Below are positions 13,551 through 29,002 of a stretch of DNA of 64,000 nucleotides, one piece after another. The stretch comes from Octopus vulgaris (taxonomy: Eukaryota), in assembly GCA_951406725.2 (NCBI GenBank), contig OX597827.1, positions 45,694,001 to 45,758,000 on the forward strand, read 5' to 3'. The translations under genes were made by a program, and so were the position numbers. Below the pieces are notes generated by a model. The model saw only the letters and a list, made by a program, of their open reading frames with translations, was not told where the DNA came from and made no database searches. Positions within the stretch are counted from its first letter, which is position 1. Each line of letters begins with the position of its first letter.

Positions 13551-14256
13551 CACTAATCGAAACAAATATCGCAAAGCATAATGTCCGACTCCCCTCCCGA
13601 CCCTGCTAATTCGCCGCCGGGTTTAATTTTCGCCAAGTAGACCTATTTAATCAAAGGCCTTCCAGTCATGACCACACCATATTTTTACATGCTTCAAGGT
13701 ATCTTGTACTATATTATCGGTAGCGATGGTAAGATTCTCCGACCGTCTGCTGTTTGTTCCTACTCACAAAACCAACGTGTATAAGCAGCCGAGTATAACT
13801 AGAGAAAATCTGTGTTGGTTGTAATAGTGAGTAGTGGATCTCCGTCGTTCAACAATGAGGATTCAGTTGTTCCACCTGTACCTGAACTAACGTGCAAGAA
13901 GCCCAACAGCACACAGACCCGTATACTCTTGATTAAATTCTTGGTCAGAACCAGCGTGGCATTGTGTGACAATGCTGTGTCTTTTTTGAATTATAAGTAT
14001 ATTCCAACCGATGGATTCCTATACTATTTCCGGCTATCAAAATTTCATTCACAAGGTATGAGTCGAGCCGAGTCTATAAAAAAATAAAAATGCTCAATAT
14101 ACCACTCGCTGAGATCAAACCCGTAGCGAATATCTTTATCATTGGGGGTCATACTGCGGTCCCAGTAGAAATGTGTTTGCACCCATCACGTAATTTACAG
14201 GCCGACACTCTTTGATACAAGACAGAGTCTTTAAGCTACATACGTAACTCCGAGAG

Positions 14257-14302
<46 letters not shown>

Positions 14303-15199
14303 GGGGGAGAAGGGAGACAGAAGAATAGATCCCTGTCATGATATTTCATTATCCGACCTCCGAAAGGACGCAAAATAAAGTTGAACTCTACGGGATTCGA
14401 ACTCATACAACAGAGAGCCAGAACGATTATGCAAAGCATTTTATCCGACGCTCTAAAAATTGTGCCAAGTTGCCGCCTTACGTATTGTGAGGGTCGTAGC
14501 GATTGTACAAATGGTGCCGGAGTTGATTATAGAAATGGTGTCGTTGTTGTTGCTGTTAGTGGTGGTGATGATGATGATAGGAGGGGATGTCTCCTGCTTA
14601 ACTCTCCACCAATGTCTGGCAAAACGCAAGCGTCTCTCCGTCTCTCCTCTCTCTCTCTTTCTCTCTCTCTCTCTAATGACATCAGCGATTACAAGAAGCC
14701 AATCGTAGATCCTTCGTTTGGCCGAGTGTTTTCCTCAACAAGATATTCCCCACAGCCCCTAACATTAACACGCGGGTGCAAGCGCCATCAAATCTTGCCT
14801 CCAGCTGTTTGACGATCGTGTTTCACCAACAATTTCTCAACCAGGACTCACAAATACGCCAATGGTTTACCATTTCACATTCGTACTCAATGCTGAATAT
14901 GGTTAGGTTATTAAGTTTTTAGAAATATACTGGAAAAGCTGAAGGTTTTTGGTAACGAAACTGGTCAGTATACACGTGGTTTGAAAAAGTCTGTCTATAA
15001 GCGGAATAGTAAAAATATGTAAGACTTTTCTAAAATTCCAAGTATAACTCCGTGATGTTTTTGTCATTTAAATTCCAGCGATGGGAACTTTATCTTTTCT
15101 TTTTCTCTTTCTATTTTTCTTTTAGCTTAGAACACCACCCCCACCATCACTTTATTCTTTATTTTGAAGAATTCGGAGAAATAAGAAAGTGACACTAAG

Positions 15200-15327
<128 letters not shown>

Positions 15328-15330
15328 CAA

Positions 15331-15391
<61 letters not shown>

Positions 15392-15747
15392 CACACACAA
15401 ATATGCATATATACAGAAAAAGAAATATATATGCACACTTCACGAACATATACGAGCACATGCAGAGAAACGCACACACACATACACACACAAACATATA
15501 CATGCGCAAACATTACAAACAAAGAAACACAGACACACAACACGCACGCCGCATACCCTTAGACTTACATAAAATGTCTGATTCAACTAGGTATTGATTG
15601 GAAAAAAAACCCTTATTGGCTGATGCTAGATAAAATAATAGCAACAATAACAGTAACAACAATAATATCATTAAGCAAAACAAGAAAAAGAAAAAAACAA
15701 AAACCGATTACTCCGAGAAAAACCCTAGGATTAACAAAAGCTATACA

Positions 15748-15769
15748 AGCGACATCAGTTACCAATTCC
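15748..15769 (+). other. Conserved 22-nt element copy 3 (subfamily A)
   Basis: agcgacatcagttaccaattcc followed by aacctgatgc. Confidence 0.8.
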
Positions 15770-17428
15770 AACCTGATGCCACATGCATTCCAGACATGTG
15801 ACTGCGGCGCGGTGAACGGTGGGGTGGTGGTGGTGGTGGTGTGGTAGTGAAAGGGGAGAAGAAGGGAGGCGAGGTGGGGGGAGGTGAGGGTAGGGATGGG
15901 TGAGTTGGGGGGGGTCGGAGTGGGAGCGGGGGAGGGGAGGGAGGGAGGGATAGGGGGTGATGACTGCGAATGAAGAGAATGTGAATGAGTAAGCAACAGC
16001 AGTATATATAGTAAAACAGTTGCGACATATGCAAAGCAAGAAGAATATTGCAAAACATCAAAAGAAGCAGAAGCAACAACAACAACAACAACAAAAATAG
16101 ATTCAACAACAACAACAACTACAAAGGCAACGGCAGCAACAGCGGTAGCAGCAACAGCAGCAGCAGCAACAACAACAACAACAACAACAAAAACAGCGAA
16201 GTAATGAGGAAGCCTTTAAATGTATTCGCACGCAATTTGGTGGAGGTTTAACTGACTGCTAGAAATAGAAACCCGAATCTCCATCAAATTACGCCTCCAC
16301 TGCTGACTTGCATAAATAAACACGAGTAATGTTATTTTAGACGTTTCTTCACTAAATGAATAAATAAAAATAAAATAAATGCATAAATAAAAGGCGGGAT
16401 AGTTATGGATGGAATGTCTTTGATTCTACGTCTGCTCATCCAGAACCGACCTGTGTATATGGTTAAACAATATCATCATCACCACCATCACCATCACCAC
16501 CACCACCACCACCATCACCACCATCATCACCTCGTTGTCGTTGTCATCATCACCACCACCACCATAATCAACAACAACAACTCTAACAAATTGCTGCAGA
16601 CTGCTTATATTCCAACTTCACTGGTTTCAGTACTTAATTGATAAAATGTTTTATTGATCTACAATTAAATAAAAAATGATAAAAATATGAATAAAAATAC
16701 GAAGCCTTTGAACTCAGCTAACGGTATTCGTTGCTATTAACTAAAATACTTTTGGCTGTATTATCTGACAGCTTACCTACCACCTCCATCTCAAGAACAA
16801 CACCGAATTCTCACAGACAAAAAAAGACACAAATTTTCCAGGATAAAGTACTTGGCTGCTACTTCATTTTATCGATTCCCTAAAGATGTAAGACAGAGTT
16901 TACCTCAAGTAAGATTGAACTCAACGAAATATCACAATGACCTTACTAAAAACCACAAAGTATTTTGTTCGTTATGCTACCGAGTCTTCCTACCCACCGC
17001 CTTTTTATCAGCAGTACTAATACAAAAAAGGACTGCTGACGGAGTTGCTGGACTACTTTAAAGGTGATGGTATGATCAATAATATCAATTGCAGTAGATG
17101 ATTGATACTTTATTTTATCGATCTAAGGATTTGTGAGAGCAAATTAGATTTAAAAGGATGTTGCTACGTATTGTGGAGCGTTTGAGCAGACGCTCTACCC
17201 ATTCTGAGACACACACACTCTCTTTCTCTATTCCTCCCTCTCCCTCTACTTATTTCTCTCTAACTCTCACTATCTCTCCATCTCTCTGTCACTGTATATG
17301 TATATGAATATGTGTTCTCGCCTGAAGATCGTAGTAGCGTGAAACTCGAACCACGAAATAGACTGTCAGTTTCATATTCAATAAGAAACCAAACCCCATT
17401 GCGCACTCCTCTCTCATTTCTCTGACAT

Positions 17429-17500
<72 letters not shown>

Positions 17501-18243
17501 CGAGGTTAATTTTGCCTTTCATCATTTTGGGGTCGATAAAATAAGTAACATCAAGTATTGGGGTCGATGTAATCGACTGATCCCCTCCCACCAAATTTCA
17601 GGCCCTGTGCCCGAAGGATTATTTATAGCTTTGCTACTTCGAGTTTCAATGTTCCGAAAAGGAATTATTTCACGTTCACGTTTATCTAAATTCTTATGAC
17701 TGGCAACAATATGTATATATACATATACATACATACATACATTCATACATACATACATACACACACACGCGCACACACACACACATACACACACACACAT
17801 ACACACACACACATATATATATATACATATATAAAGAAATGAATAATAACAGACGATGGATAACTGTCAGCTCATAACAGCTGTTTCTTACGTATTTTTT
17901 AAATAGAAGAATGAGAACATTACTCTATTACAAAAAACCGTAATCACCAGATGAAAGGTAGTTTTACAAACAAAAGAATATCCCAAGAATACAGCAGGGA
18001 CGTGGCCGAAGTCTGTCGTGGCTAATCACATCGGACACCCTGTACCAACAACGTACAATTCAACGTAACGAGTGCCTTGGACTAGCCCCTAAGCGCTAAA
18101 TACTCGTAGGGTTTGTTTTCTCTGTGTACACAACCGGAATATCCTATTTGATACTTACCAACCATAGGCCGGAACCACAGGTTTATCCAAACCTACCTGG
18201 TGCATGTCTTTTCAAGTAGCTGATTCTATCTGAAGCCTTATTT

Positions 18244-18289
<46 letters not shown>

Positions 18290-18299
<10 letters not shown>

Positions 18300-18358
18300 G
18301 GGCTCCTAAATAAGGATGCCAGTACTTGGCATCCTTATTTAGGAGCCCTTAATTATAT
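18290..18358. repeat. Perfect ~32-bp-arm palindrome
   Basis: ataattaagggctcctaaataaggatgcca gtact tggcatccttatttaggagcccttaattat. Confidence 0.9.
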
Positions 18359-18462
18359 TTCTACATGAATGATATTTTTCTATATGAATAATATTTTGTC
18401 TAATGACTATTTCGTCTTTTGTGCTGAGCCACTGGTGGTAATCTATATTATTGCCTTTTGTT

Positions 18463-18494
<32 letters not shown>

Positions 18495-18628
18495 TTGTAT
18501 ATCAGAAGTGTATAGTATTGTAAATCCATTACACCCCAACTTATGAATCGGTTTTGCGCTAGGGATTCAGCAATTCAACACAGATATACGAGTGCCATTT
18601 TTTCCTGACTGATAGACTCTTAGACGAC

Positions 18629-18660
<32 letters not shown>

Positions 18661-19036
18661 CGTCATCTGTGAATCATTCTAAATGTATATACTTCAGGGA
18701 AATGTCTGATGCTGTGGCTTTTATCTTTAAAGAGAATCTCTTCATAAAACTGCAATATATGTCGAAGTGAGGGAAACATCACTGCAGCGGTGGCCCGTGA
18801 GAACGACAAACGCTCTTTACCCATCGTTGGACTTGTCAATGCTGTGCACCCTTTTGTTACCTTCCTGCACAAAATTCATGCATCGGTATATAGGAAATAG
18901 AGAAAAAAAATACATTCACTGATATTGCAGAGAGCCTGCCGGGCTGCAAAAATCCCCGCCAAAAACTTTGTGAATACAGTCTAAACAGCATATCAAAATC
19001 GCCTCCGTGCGTATCATACTATTTATATATTACATA

Positions 19037-19260
19037 GAGCTGGCAGAAACGTTAGCACGCCGGGCGAAATGCGTAGCCGTATTTCGTCTGCCGTTACGTT
19101 CTGTGTTCAAATGCCGTCAAGGTCGACTTTGCCTTTCATCCTTTCAGGGTCGATTAAATAAGTACCAGTTACGCACTGGGGTCGATGTAATCGACTTCAT
19201 CTCTTTGTCTGTCCTTGTTTGTCCCCTCTATGTTTAGCCCCTTGTGGGTAGTAAAGAAAT
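19037..19260 (+). mobile_element. Meta-like SINE copy
   Basis: Same family as 288-590. Confidence 0.75.
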
Positions 19261-19416
19261 ATATATTACATAGTGGATATACATAATTGTATTTATACAT
19301 TTACTTACACATACACGCGCTCGCATGTGTGTATGTTTCTCTTTCTCTCCTCTCTGTTTTTCTTGACTACCTTTACATCCCTCCCCCTCACTATCTCTTT
19401 CCCTCGCGGTCTCTTT

Positions 19417-19469
<53 letters not shown>

Positions 19470-20125
19470 ATCTATCAAAGACATGCATTATCAAGAGGAA
19501 GCTGATCACGTTCCTAGAAGATAATGGCATACTCCCTGACACCTTGAATGGTTTCCGCTTAGGAAGAAGCTACCCTAAACAACCTCAGCAGCATTATGAC
19601 TGGGTGTTGAAACAATTAATGAATCGCTCATACGAGTATATGACGTATCTCGATTTTGTAAATGCTGTGATAAGGTTGATCATGGGAATGATATGTCTCA
19701 AGCTATGGAACTAGAACTTCTCCCCTTGGGGGACAACGGGAGAGATATGTAGTGGTATGTGCCTGGAAGATCCTGGAGGAGCTGACACCGAGAGCTATAC
19801 CGGACCCCGAACTCGACATCACAGCACTGTTCCAAAGGTCCCAGCTATCCCCTCTAGAAGTGAGGACCATGTACTGCAATAGCTTGGGCTTCAAGGGACA
19901 ACGGCTATTTAATATTTTGCAAAAACATCTGAGAGATATATATGGAGTAGGGGTAGATGTTTCCAAGGAACAATTTGACCCCCTATTCTCCAAGGTCCCA
20001 GATGAACCAATACCAAGGTAGAAAACTAAAAACAGGGCAGGTGTGTCGAATACCATCCCTCACAAAAAGCCAATCACAGAAGAATGGCCATTGAAAAGAT
20101 GCTAACACTGGCAGTGCCCCAGAAT
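19470..20125 (+). pseudogene. Decayed, internally deleted CR1/L2-group LINE ORF2 (RT fragment plus C-terminus)
   Basis: GFRLGRS, HYDWVLKQL, YLDFVNA..KVDHG; then WKILE..NSLGFKGQRLFNIL..SKVPDEP, with frameshifts. Confidence 0.7.
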
Positions 20126-20159
20126 GGTCACATATTTTGGGGATGAAATGCATAAAAGA

Positions 20160-20226
<67 letters not shown>

Positions 20227-20804
20227 TACACACATATTTGTTCAGTGCAAAAGAGACCTTAAATTGCGCATCAAATAATCAATATTTCGAACTCCATGTC
20301 TATGTGTATTGTCATCGTATGCTTAGTTATAAAACCCGAGTTTTGAGTGTTTCTCTTAATATATGTGAACGACAAAATGAAACATGAAATATTCATTATC
20401 AAAATTTAAATATTTTAAATGAACTCTCACAAAACATTAACCCAATCATTAAAAGCAAACACACATACGCTGTAACCACCATGCATACAATCTTTATTCT
20501 ATCGAAGGCAGAATAATTTCTGTTTTTATGACATGATATTTAATTCATTCTGCATCTGTAGTCACAACACGCTGGGCTTAACATTGTCACGCGCTAGTGT
20601 AGAGATTAAACTTGAAAGGTGGCAGAAATTGCGCTTACTTAATAACAAAATGGTAGCCATTTATTTAATTATATCCTAATTTCTATGCATTAATTATTAA
20701 ATTATCATTTTTATAATCAATTTTATATTCAATGATTAACAGTTACACTTTACTTTGGGTAAGCACTGTTACCTTTCCTCTATACACATTCTGTGTGTTT
20801 GTGT

Positions 20805-20863
<59 letters not shown>

Positions 20864-21104
20864 TTTGTTTTTTTAGTGTGCGCGCGCGCCTGTGTATTCA
20901 CACGCGACCCAGCCTTCATCGCCTATACATAAAACTAACTGTCTATAAAATTCCTTTCTCGTAAACCTCCATCCAGATTTAGGGGCCCATATCACAACAG
21001 GCTGTATTGATTGTTATAATGGAAAGAGGAAAAGGGGAATAAGAAATTCCGTCTTTTATTGTCACGTTTCTTTACTTCATACCCACCTCTTACCCCCATC
21101 TCCT

Positions 21105-21162
<58 letters not shown>

Positions 21163-21254
21163 CCGTCATTATTACCAACCATCATCACCAACAACAATAA
21201 CAACAACTCCGCCAACACCATCACCGCTACCGCTAGAGCACCCCACAAGGTAAC

Positions 21255-21486
21255 CTATTTCTTTATTACCCACAGGGGCTAAACATAGAGGGGACAAACA
21301 TGGACAGACATAGGTATTAAGTCGATTATATCGACCCCAGTGCTTAACTGGTACTTAATTTATCGACTCCGAAAGGATGAAAGGCAAAGTCGACCTCGGC
21401 GGAATTTGAACTCACAACGTAACGGAAGCCGAAATACTGCTAAGCTTTTCGCCCGACGTGCAAACAAACGATTCTGCTAGCTCGCC
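21255..21486 (-). mobile_element. Meta-like SINE copy
   Basis: Reverse complement of the family consensus. Confidence 0.75.
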
Positions 21487-21504
21487 CCACAAGGTAACCG
21501 TTGA

Positions 21505-22140
21505 TCTATCTACCCAGCCCTCCATCCAAGCACCCATTTATCCACCCATCTATCCACTCTTCGAACTATTCATTCAGTCATCTACCTATCCATCCGTCCA
21601 TCCATCCATCAATTCACCAGTCCATCCATCCATCCATCCATCCACCCGTCCATTCATCGTTCCATCCATCCATCCATCCACCCGTCCATTCATTCTTCCA
21701 TCCATCCACCCGTCAATTCATCCACCCACCCATCCATCCATCCCGTCTATTCATTCTTCCATCCATCCACCCGTCCATTCATCCACCCATCCATCAATCT
21801 ATCCATATATCCATCCATTCAACTACCCAACCATCCGTCCATTCATCCACCCATCCATCCACCCATCTATGCATCCACCTATCCATCCATCCACCCATCC
21901 ATCCATCCATCCATCCATCCACCTATCCATCCATCCATCCACCCATCCACCCATCCACCCATCCACCCATCCACTCATCTATCCATCCACCACCCATCCA
22001 TCTTATCCAGCCATCCAGCTACCAGCCAACCAACCAACCAACCAACCAGCCAGCCAGTCAGTTAGCTAGTCACAGCCAGCCAGCCAGCCAGCCAACCAGC
22101 CAGCAAGCCATGATCCATCCATTCACGATCCATCCAATCC
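21505..22140. repeat. Degenerate (CCAT)n/(CCAG)n tract
   Basis: Direct reading; explains the HPSI-repeat ORFs. Confidence 0.9.
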
Positions 22141-22178
22141 ATATTTAAAACTACGTCAATCACTTCAACACGTGCGAA

Positions 22179-22200
22179 GGAATCCAGAACTGGTGTCGCT
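22179..22200 (-). other. Conserved 22-nt element copy 4 (subfamily B)
   Basis: ggaatccagaactggtgtcgct on plus, preceded by cgtcaatcacttcaacacgtgcgaa. Confidence 0.9.
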
Positions 22201-22876
22201 TCCGAGGCATCCCTACCCCCATTTCCACGCATAAGCACACGCAGCGCGAATAAAATGCCTAGAACATTCAACAAATGTCTGTCTGTCTGTCTGTATGTAT
22301 GTATGTGTGCCTGTCTGTCAGTAGGTGTGTCCAACTGTCTGTCTGTCTGTCTGTTCGACTGTCGGTCTATCTGTTTGTCTGTCTTTAATATTTGTTAACT
22401 TTTTTTTCTGTTAATTGTCTGAAAGTATAAATAAAGTTCGTCGTCAGACACAAAAACATATTTGCCTGACATCTTCGCGCACACGCGTGCACACTCAGAG
22501 AGACGGGGGAGGGAGGAAGAAGGGGAGACAGGCAGGCAGACAGACAGAGGGAGAGAGAAACAAAGAGAGAGTGAAGGAGGGAGAAAGTAAGAGAAGAGAA
22601 AAGGAGGGAGAGAAGAGAGAGGCAGACAGATAGACAGACAGGCAGTGAGAGAGTGAGTGAGAGAGAGAGAGAGAGGGGGGGAGAGTCTGAAAGAGAGAGA
22701 GAGACACATACACACACAATCACGCTCGAACACACACACACACACACACACACAAACACTCGCACAAACACACGCACAAACACACACATATACACACACA
22801 CCAGAATAATCACACGCACAAACACGCATTCATACACACACAGAGACAAATACACATACACATGCACACGCACTCA

Positions 22877-22923
<47 letters not shown>

Positions 22924-23040
22924 CCAACCTGGGAATCTCTACACAGCCCTGCTAAAAGTAACATCCAAATTCTTATTAACGTCTAAAAACAGGGAAAGTG
23001 TTTGCTAATGTCGACCTACTCGACTGGCCCCCTCCCCCAT

Positions 23041-23212
23041 AGGCGTAGGAGTGGGTGTGTGGTAAGTAGCTTGCTTATCAACCACATGCTTCCGAGTTCA
23101 GTTCCAGTGCGTGGCACCTTGGGCAAGTGTTTTCTACTAGAGCCTCGGGACGACCAAAGCCTTGTGAGTGAATTTGGTAGACGGAAACTGAAAGAAGCCC
23201 TTCGCATATATG

Positions 23213-23251
<39 letters not shown>

Positions 23252-23471
23252 TCTTTTACTCTTTTACTTGTTTCAGTCATTTGACTGCGGCCATGCTGGA
23301 GCACCGCCTTTAATCGAGCAACTCGACCCCGGGACTTATTTTTTTTTTAAGCCCAGTACTTATTCTATCGGTCTCTTTTGCCAAACCGCTAAGTAACGGG
23401 GACATAAACACACCAGCATCGGTTGTCAAGCAATGCTAGGGGGACAAACACAGACACAAACACACACACGC

Positions 23472-23528
<57 letters not shown>

Positions 23529-23700
23529 TTTGTGTCTATGTTTGTCCCCACTTCATCACGTGACAACCGATGTTGGTGCGTTTACGTCCCCGTAAGTACT
23601 AGGCTTACAAAGAATACGTCCTGGGGTCCATTTGTTCGACTAAAGGCGGCACTCCAGCATGGCTGTAGTCAAATGACTGAAACAAGTAAAAGAACAAAAG
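23041..23700. mobile_element. Rearranged CORE-like SINE pieces
   Basis: Plus head 23041-23210, minus tail 23250-23460, plus tail to 23700. Confidence 0.7.
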
Positions 23701-23860
23701 AAAGAATAAAAGAATTTCTAATGATATTTAATTATAAAAATATAACAGGATTTAAAAAAAAAAATCATTGAATAGTTATGAGGGTTCACCCGAGTAAAAT
23801 ATGGGATCAAAGGGGACCTATAGGTGAAATATGGTTGAGAACCAGAACTCATAGGGGCTC

Positions 23861-23960
23861 ATTGCTACCACCACCGAGACCGGCACCCGCTGTCGGCTTC
23901 ACCCGGGCTCGAGCCCACGGGTTCCATGCACGCCGTGGTGCCCTCCTACTCGACCGGGCA
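23861..23960 (-). pseudogene. Diverged 28S rRNA fragment
   Basis: Minus strand gagtaggagggc..cccgggtgaagccg..ggtgccggtctcggtggtggtagcaa resembles LSU GAGTAGGAGGGC..CCCGGGTGGAGCCG..GGTGCAGATCTTGGTGGTAGTAGCAA. Confidence 0.7.
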
Positions 23961-25364
23961 TCGGAATGTCGCCTCGCCGGGACAATAGAAAACTTCATTA
24001 AGAAGTTTAAAAGGAAGGGCCGAAGGGAGGGGATTCTGTCCTGCACAGAAGACTCTGACTGGCCTTCGCAGGTGGCTGCGGAGGTCATATGGGAAACGGA
24101 TCTGTGCAGGATAATGAACTCCTTCCCAGCGGACACTTTTAATTTTGTATTCAAGCAGACCGACCTGACACCATCCAAGTGTTTAGCTGGTTTAGCTGGT
24201 TAGTCTGGTCGGGCAGGAAGATTTGTAATTAATTAAAGTAAGAGGCTTGGTGCCTCAGCTGTATTGTTTTATTGATTTTATAATTGACTTGTGTAAGAGG
24301 TTTACTGCCTCACAATGGCTTTCTTGTTGTAAATGTAAGAGGTTTATTGCCTCATTGATGTTTTACTTTGAACTGTGTAAGAGGATTGTTGCCTCAAATA
24401 TGGTACTTATAAAGAACAATGTGTTCGGGTAAACAGCAATCGGCGGGCGTTGTTGTTGCCCTTATTACTATCATATCGTCTATCATTTCATCTCATTATG
24501 TCCTTGTCCAGCCTGCTGCTTCCTTTCTTTGTAAAGCCTTTATGGCCAATTTAATGAATGAAAGAAGCTTGCTTCCCAATCACATGGTTCGGGTTCAAGG
24601 AAGAAAAAAATAAAATGAACAGTCCAATACAGCGTTTCAAAAATAAAAGACAGAAGAAGAGAGAGCGAGAGTTCAAAACACAGCAAACAAATTTTTGGCC
24701 TCATGGTACTCCTGGCCTTCAACTGGAACACAGTTTTTCACAATTCTTGTCTAATTTCTCGAAATTGTTTTTTTTTTTTAATCCCACGAAGTTAAACAGG
24801 ATCAGTTCTCACAATTAATTGAGAATAACACAATTCTCAAATTAAATTAAATTTGGAGGCGGGATACGTCTCCAAACAGCAATTCTCACAATTAAGTGAG
24901 AAAGGCAAAATGCTCTACTGCAGGCAGACCAAAGCCCAGAATCCAGTGAGGACTCCTTGCTTGTACAAAGAATAAATATCCCAAACAACGGATCCCCACT
25001 AGATCCGAAAAGCAAAAAGTCTTACCTTATAGCAGAGCCTCTTTCAATAACAAGCTTCTTACCACAAGCAAGCTTCTTACCACACAGCCACCCATGTATA
25101 ATATAAATATATATATATATATGCATACTTCTATGCACACGCAAACATACAACATATATACACACATGCACAAACTCAGATACTTCCCCATAATTTAATA
25201 TACCCCTTTCTTATTTTCCAGATTCTTTACCATTAGAAAACAGCGTGAGGGATAAATAAATTGATGCTAAGAAAGAGGCTGAAGGAAACAAATCCCATTT
25301 TTCTTTCATTTCCCCCTTCTCCACTTGTACTTAATTATATCACTACGGTCACCTCCAGCATCAT

Positions 25365-25415
<51 letters not shown>

Positions 25416-25489
25416 AAACAACAACAACAATAGCAATCCCAGATCCATCCTGGTTTCCTTACTTTCTTCTTCAACAAGTGAGGTGAGAT

Positions 25490-25511
25490 GGAATACAGAA
25501 CTGGTGTCGCT
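25490..25511 (-). other. Conserved 22-nt element copy 5 (subfamily B)
   Basis: ggaatacagaactggtgtcgct on plus, preceded by cttcaacaagtgaggtgagat. Confidence 0.9.
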
Positions 25512-26362
25512 TCTGAAGCTTTCCAGTCTCCGTTTCCAAGCACAGTGACGTAACACACACACACACACACACACAGATATATAAATAATCAAAAACTTTC
25601 CTCAGTTGTGTTCGTTTCATCTTCTCTCCGTATTGTATGTATATTCTTATCTGTCAATTTGTCCATCTATCTCTCATAGCTAAAATTCTCAATCACATAG
25701 CTAAAAATTATACTCCAATTTCCTATATATATACATATATATATTCTTGTTTCTCTCTTCCCCTCATGGATTAAAGCTGAAGTTTTTCTCGATCCTACAA
25801 GTTTATCAAGCTGGACAATCTCGACATTGAGCACAAGACGCTTTTCTAGGCGCATAAGACACTTTTCCACCAGACCATACGCCAGTCCGCTGGAAGGTTA
25901 ATCTTCGGCTATTGCTGGTACTCATTTCAGTTCAGTAGACTGGAACAACGGGAACTGAATCGCCTTACTCAGGGACACAATACTCCATTCGGTCCGGAGA
26001 TCAGAATTTACTTTACGATCTTGAGACCAGTGCCCTAAGGTCTAGGCCGAGCAGCTTCACATTATTATCTAATGAGATGTTAAGAAAGGCTGAAAATCGC
26101 TCTCTGGTAACAATTTTAGGGCCACCAGGGGCAAAAAAACCCCTCATAGTTTAAGCACGATGTGTGCATACTATTCACGGCAAGGATGTGGAAAATGTGT
26201 TTACTAAAAACAAGCACGTGCTGGTATGCTTAAATTTACATTTCTACATACATACACGGGCATACTTACATTCATACATGCATACATATATATATACACA
26301 TTTGCATACTCACACACACACTTACACACACACACACACATATATTACGATCTTGTACCCTC

Positions 26363-26430
<68 letters not shown>

Positions 26431-26530
26431 CATGATGCATATACACATACATGTGTGCACTTATATATACGTATGGGTGGATGGGCGTGTGGGTGTACAA
26501 TTCATAATCTAGTGAGACACGGCAATGTGT

Positions 26531-26621
<91 letters not shown>

Positions 26622-26978
26622 CGCGTACGCGCGTCAGCAATATACAGTAACTAGCTCCCAAAAGAATTCCTTTCGCTATTATTTTTTGCGTTCGCTGTCA
26701 TGTCCACAACAGGTTGTTATGAATATTGGTAAGGGAGTCTGAATGATGGGGGTGATGTAAAAGAAGAAAAAAAATGTATCTTTCCATTTTAATGTGGTAT
26801 TCCTTAACTCCTTCCATCCCCCCTCTCTCTCCTTCTCTCTCTTTCTCTCTCCTAAGACCCTACCTCCTTCCTTCTACAACAACTTCCTCCCACATAGCTT
26901 CTTTATCCATCCATCCGTCCATGTTTTTTTTCCTCTTCGTCAATCACTACTACTTCAACATGCTGAATGAGGTGCGTT

Positions 26979-27000
26979 GGAATCCAGAACTGGTGTCGCT
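26979..27000 (-). other. Conserved 22-nt element copy 6 (subfamily B)
   Basis: ggaatccagaactggtgtcgct followed by tccgaggcatccc, as in copy 4. Confidence 0.9.
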
Positions 27001-27210
27001 TCCGAGGCATCCCTCCCTCCATGTAACCACACACAGATATATACACTCACGCATCATATATGCACCCATACGTATAACACACACACACACACACACACAC
27101 ATACACATTTGCATAGCGTGAACATAAATGTCTAGAATTCTCCTCAAAGATATATATGCTTAGCTGTTTAATGCATGTGTAATGTGTGTGTGTGTGTGTG
27201 TGTGTGTGTG

Positions 27211-27267
<57 letters not shown>

Positions 27268-27899
27268 TTATCTATCTATATATATATCTATATATATATA
27301 TATATATTATATATATATATATAAAACTTACTTGGAAACTTACGTGGCGTTCGATCATATAATTATATAAATAATATATAAATATATGCATATATACATA
27401 CCTACATCTATATGTATATATACATGCGTATATGGATACAGGACAGCAAAAAACGTTGAACACAATGAGAAACGAAAACATAAAAACAAAAGCATGGAAA
27501 CGAACTTTTTTTTTTCAAACAACGAAAAACAGAGTACAAGACATACAACACAAGGAATATTCCCCTTCTTCAATTGTCCCTGTTTCGTCTACTCTTCATT
27601 GGTAGTGTAGTCCCTCCACCGAATTCTCATAACTGCGCGAAGTTTCTGCTCTTGGAATCGTCCGATTTTGGAAGTCTCATCGATACAAACCTACGTCTCA
27701 CAACCGTAGAGGAGTGTGAAAAGGGCCACGGCTCGGAATATTATAAGTTTCATTTTCATGGTAACTTCATTGCTAAGGAAGACTCGTTTTCAGAGTCTTT
27801 CGGAAGCAGTATGGGCTGCACTGATCCGATTCTCTCAATGGTGCTATCATTGGACAAATAGCTTACGAGGTATGGGAAAGCCTACAAGGATTCCAGGAC

Positions 27900-28480
27900 A
27901 GTTCCACGTAGCCTTATGTCACTGGTGTCAGGGGAGGTTTGGCAGCGCCCCCCCCCTACTGTGCGAGGATCTTTGACTTCATTACGTTTGTGCCCTGACC
28001 AAACCGGGTATACAGATTTTCGAAGAGGTGCACAACTTCGTGAAGGCCGGAATCCGAATGTGAAGGAGTGACACTCTCATTAGCGTACTGCAGCTCACAC
28101 ATCCTGTCCAAAGTGGTAAGTCGACGGGCTCTGAAGCGGATGGTGTTGAGAAGTCCTCCGCCCATTCTGTCTACACCAGGAGTCTGATCAGGGACCTCGT
28201 GGATCATGGCACCGAGACAGAGGAAAAAAGAGGATGGGAGCGAAGACGCATCCTTGCTTCAGGCCAGTCGTAATTGGGAAGGAATCGGAGAGAGCGTTCT
28301 TGACGATGTCCTTGCCAGATATTCCGTCGTGTAGGAACTGGATGAGATACGTAGAGCGGTCGGGACAACGAAAGCGCTTCAAGTCGGCCTTTCTTGGAGG
28401 AGGCAGGCGTAAAAGACAATGCCGATTGTACCACGGGTGAGGCGGAAGCCGCACTGTGACTCTGGAAGAACGTCCTCAAT
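27900..28480 (-). pseudogene. Decayed RTE-clade LINE reverse transcriptase fragment
   Basis: LIQFLHDG..ALSDSFPITTGLKQGCVFAPILF and downstream ELQYA motif; frameshifted. Confidence 0.8.
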
Positions 28481-28669
28481 ATCTACCCCTAATCAATCTA
28501 ACAGGAAAATGGTTGGGAAGCAAGCTTCCTGCGCTTATATATATATATATATATAAGATTAATCAGCAGAAATTGCGAGGATGATCCGGTTCTTGACTGA
28601 AGATTGAAGGCTTCGAATTTTTGTATCATCTTCTAAATGTTTTGCGTTCTTGTCCCAGTTTGTATTTTT

Positions 28670-28722
<53 letters not shown>

Positions 28723-28723
28723 G

Positions 28724-28807
<84 letters not shown>

Positions 28808-28902
28808 AAAAAAAGTCAAGGTAGAAAATGCTACAATAATTTTATAAAAAAACATTTTTGACTTTTTTCCATATATATTAACTCGTGTGTTCCTTTTCAA
28901 CC

Positions 28903-28949
<47 letters not shown>

Positions 28950-29002
28950 GTAATGGTAAGACAACAAAAGAATGAAAGAGGCCTCGATATTATGTAAATA
29001 GT

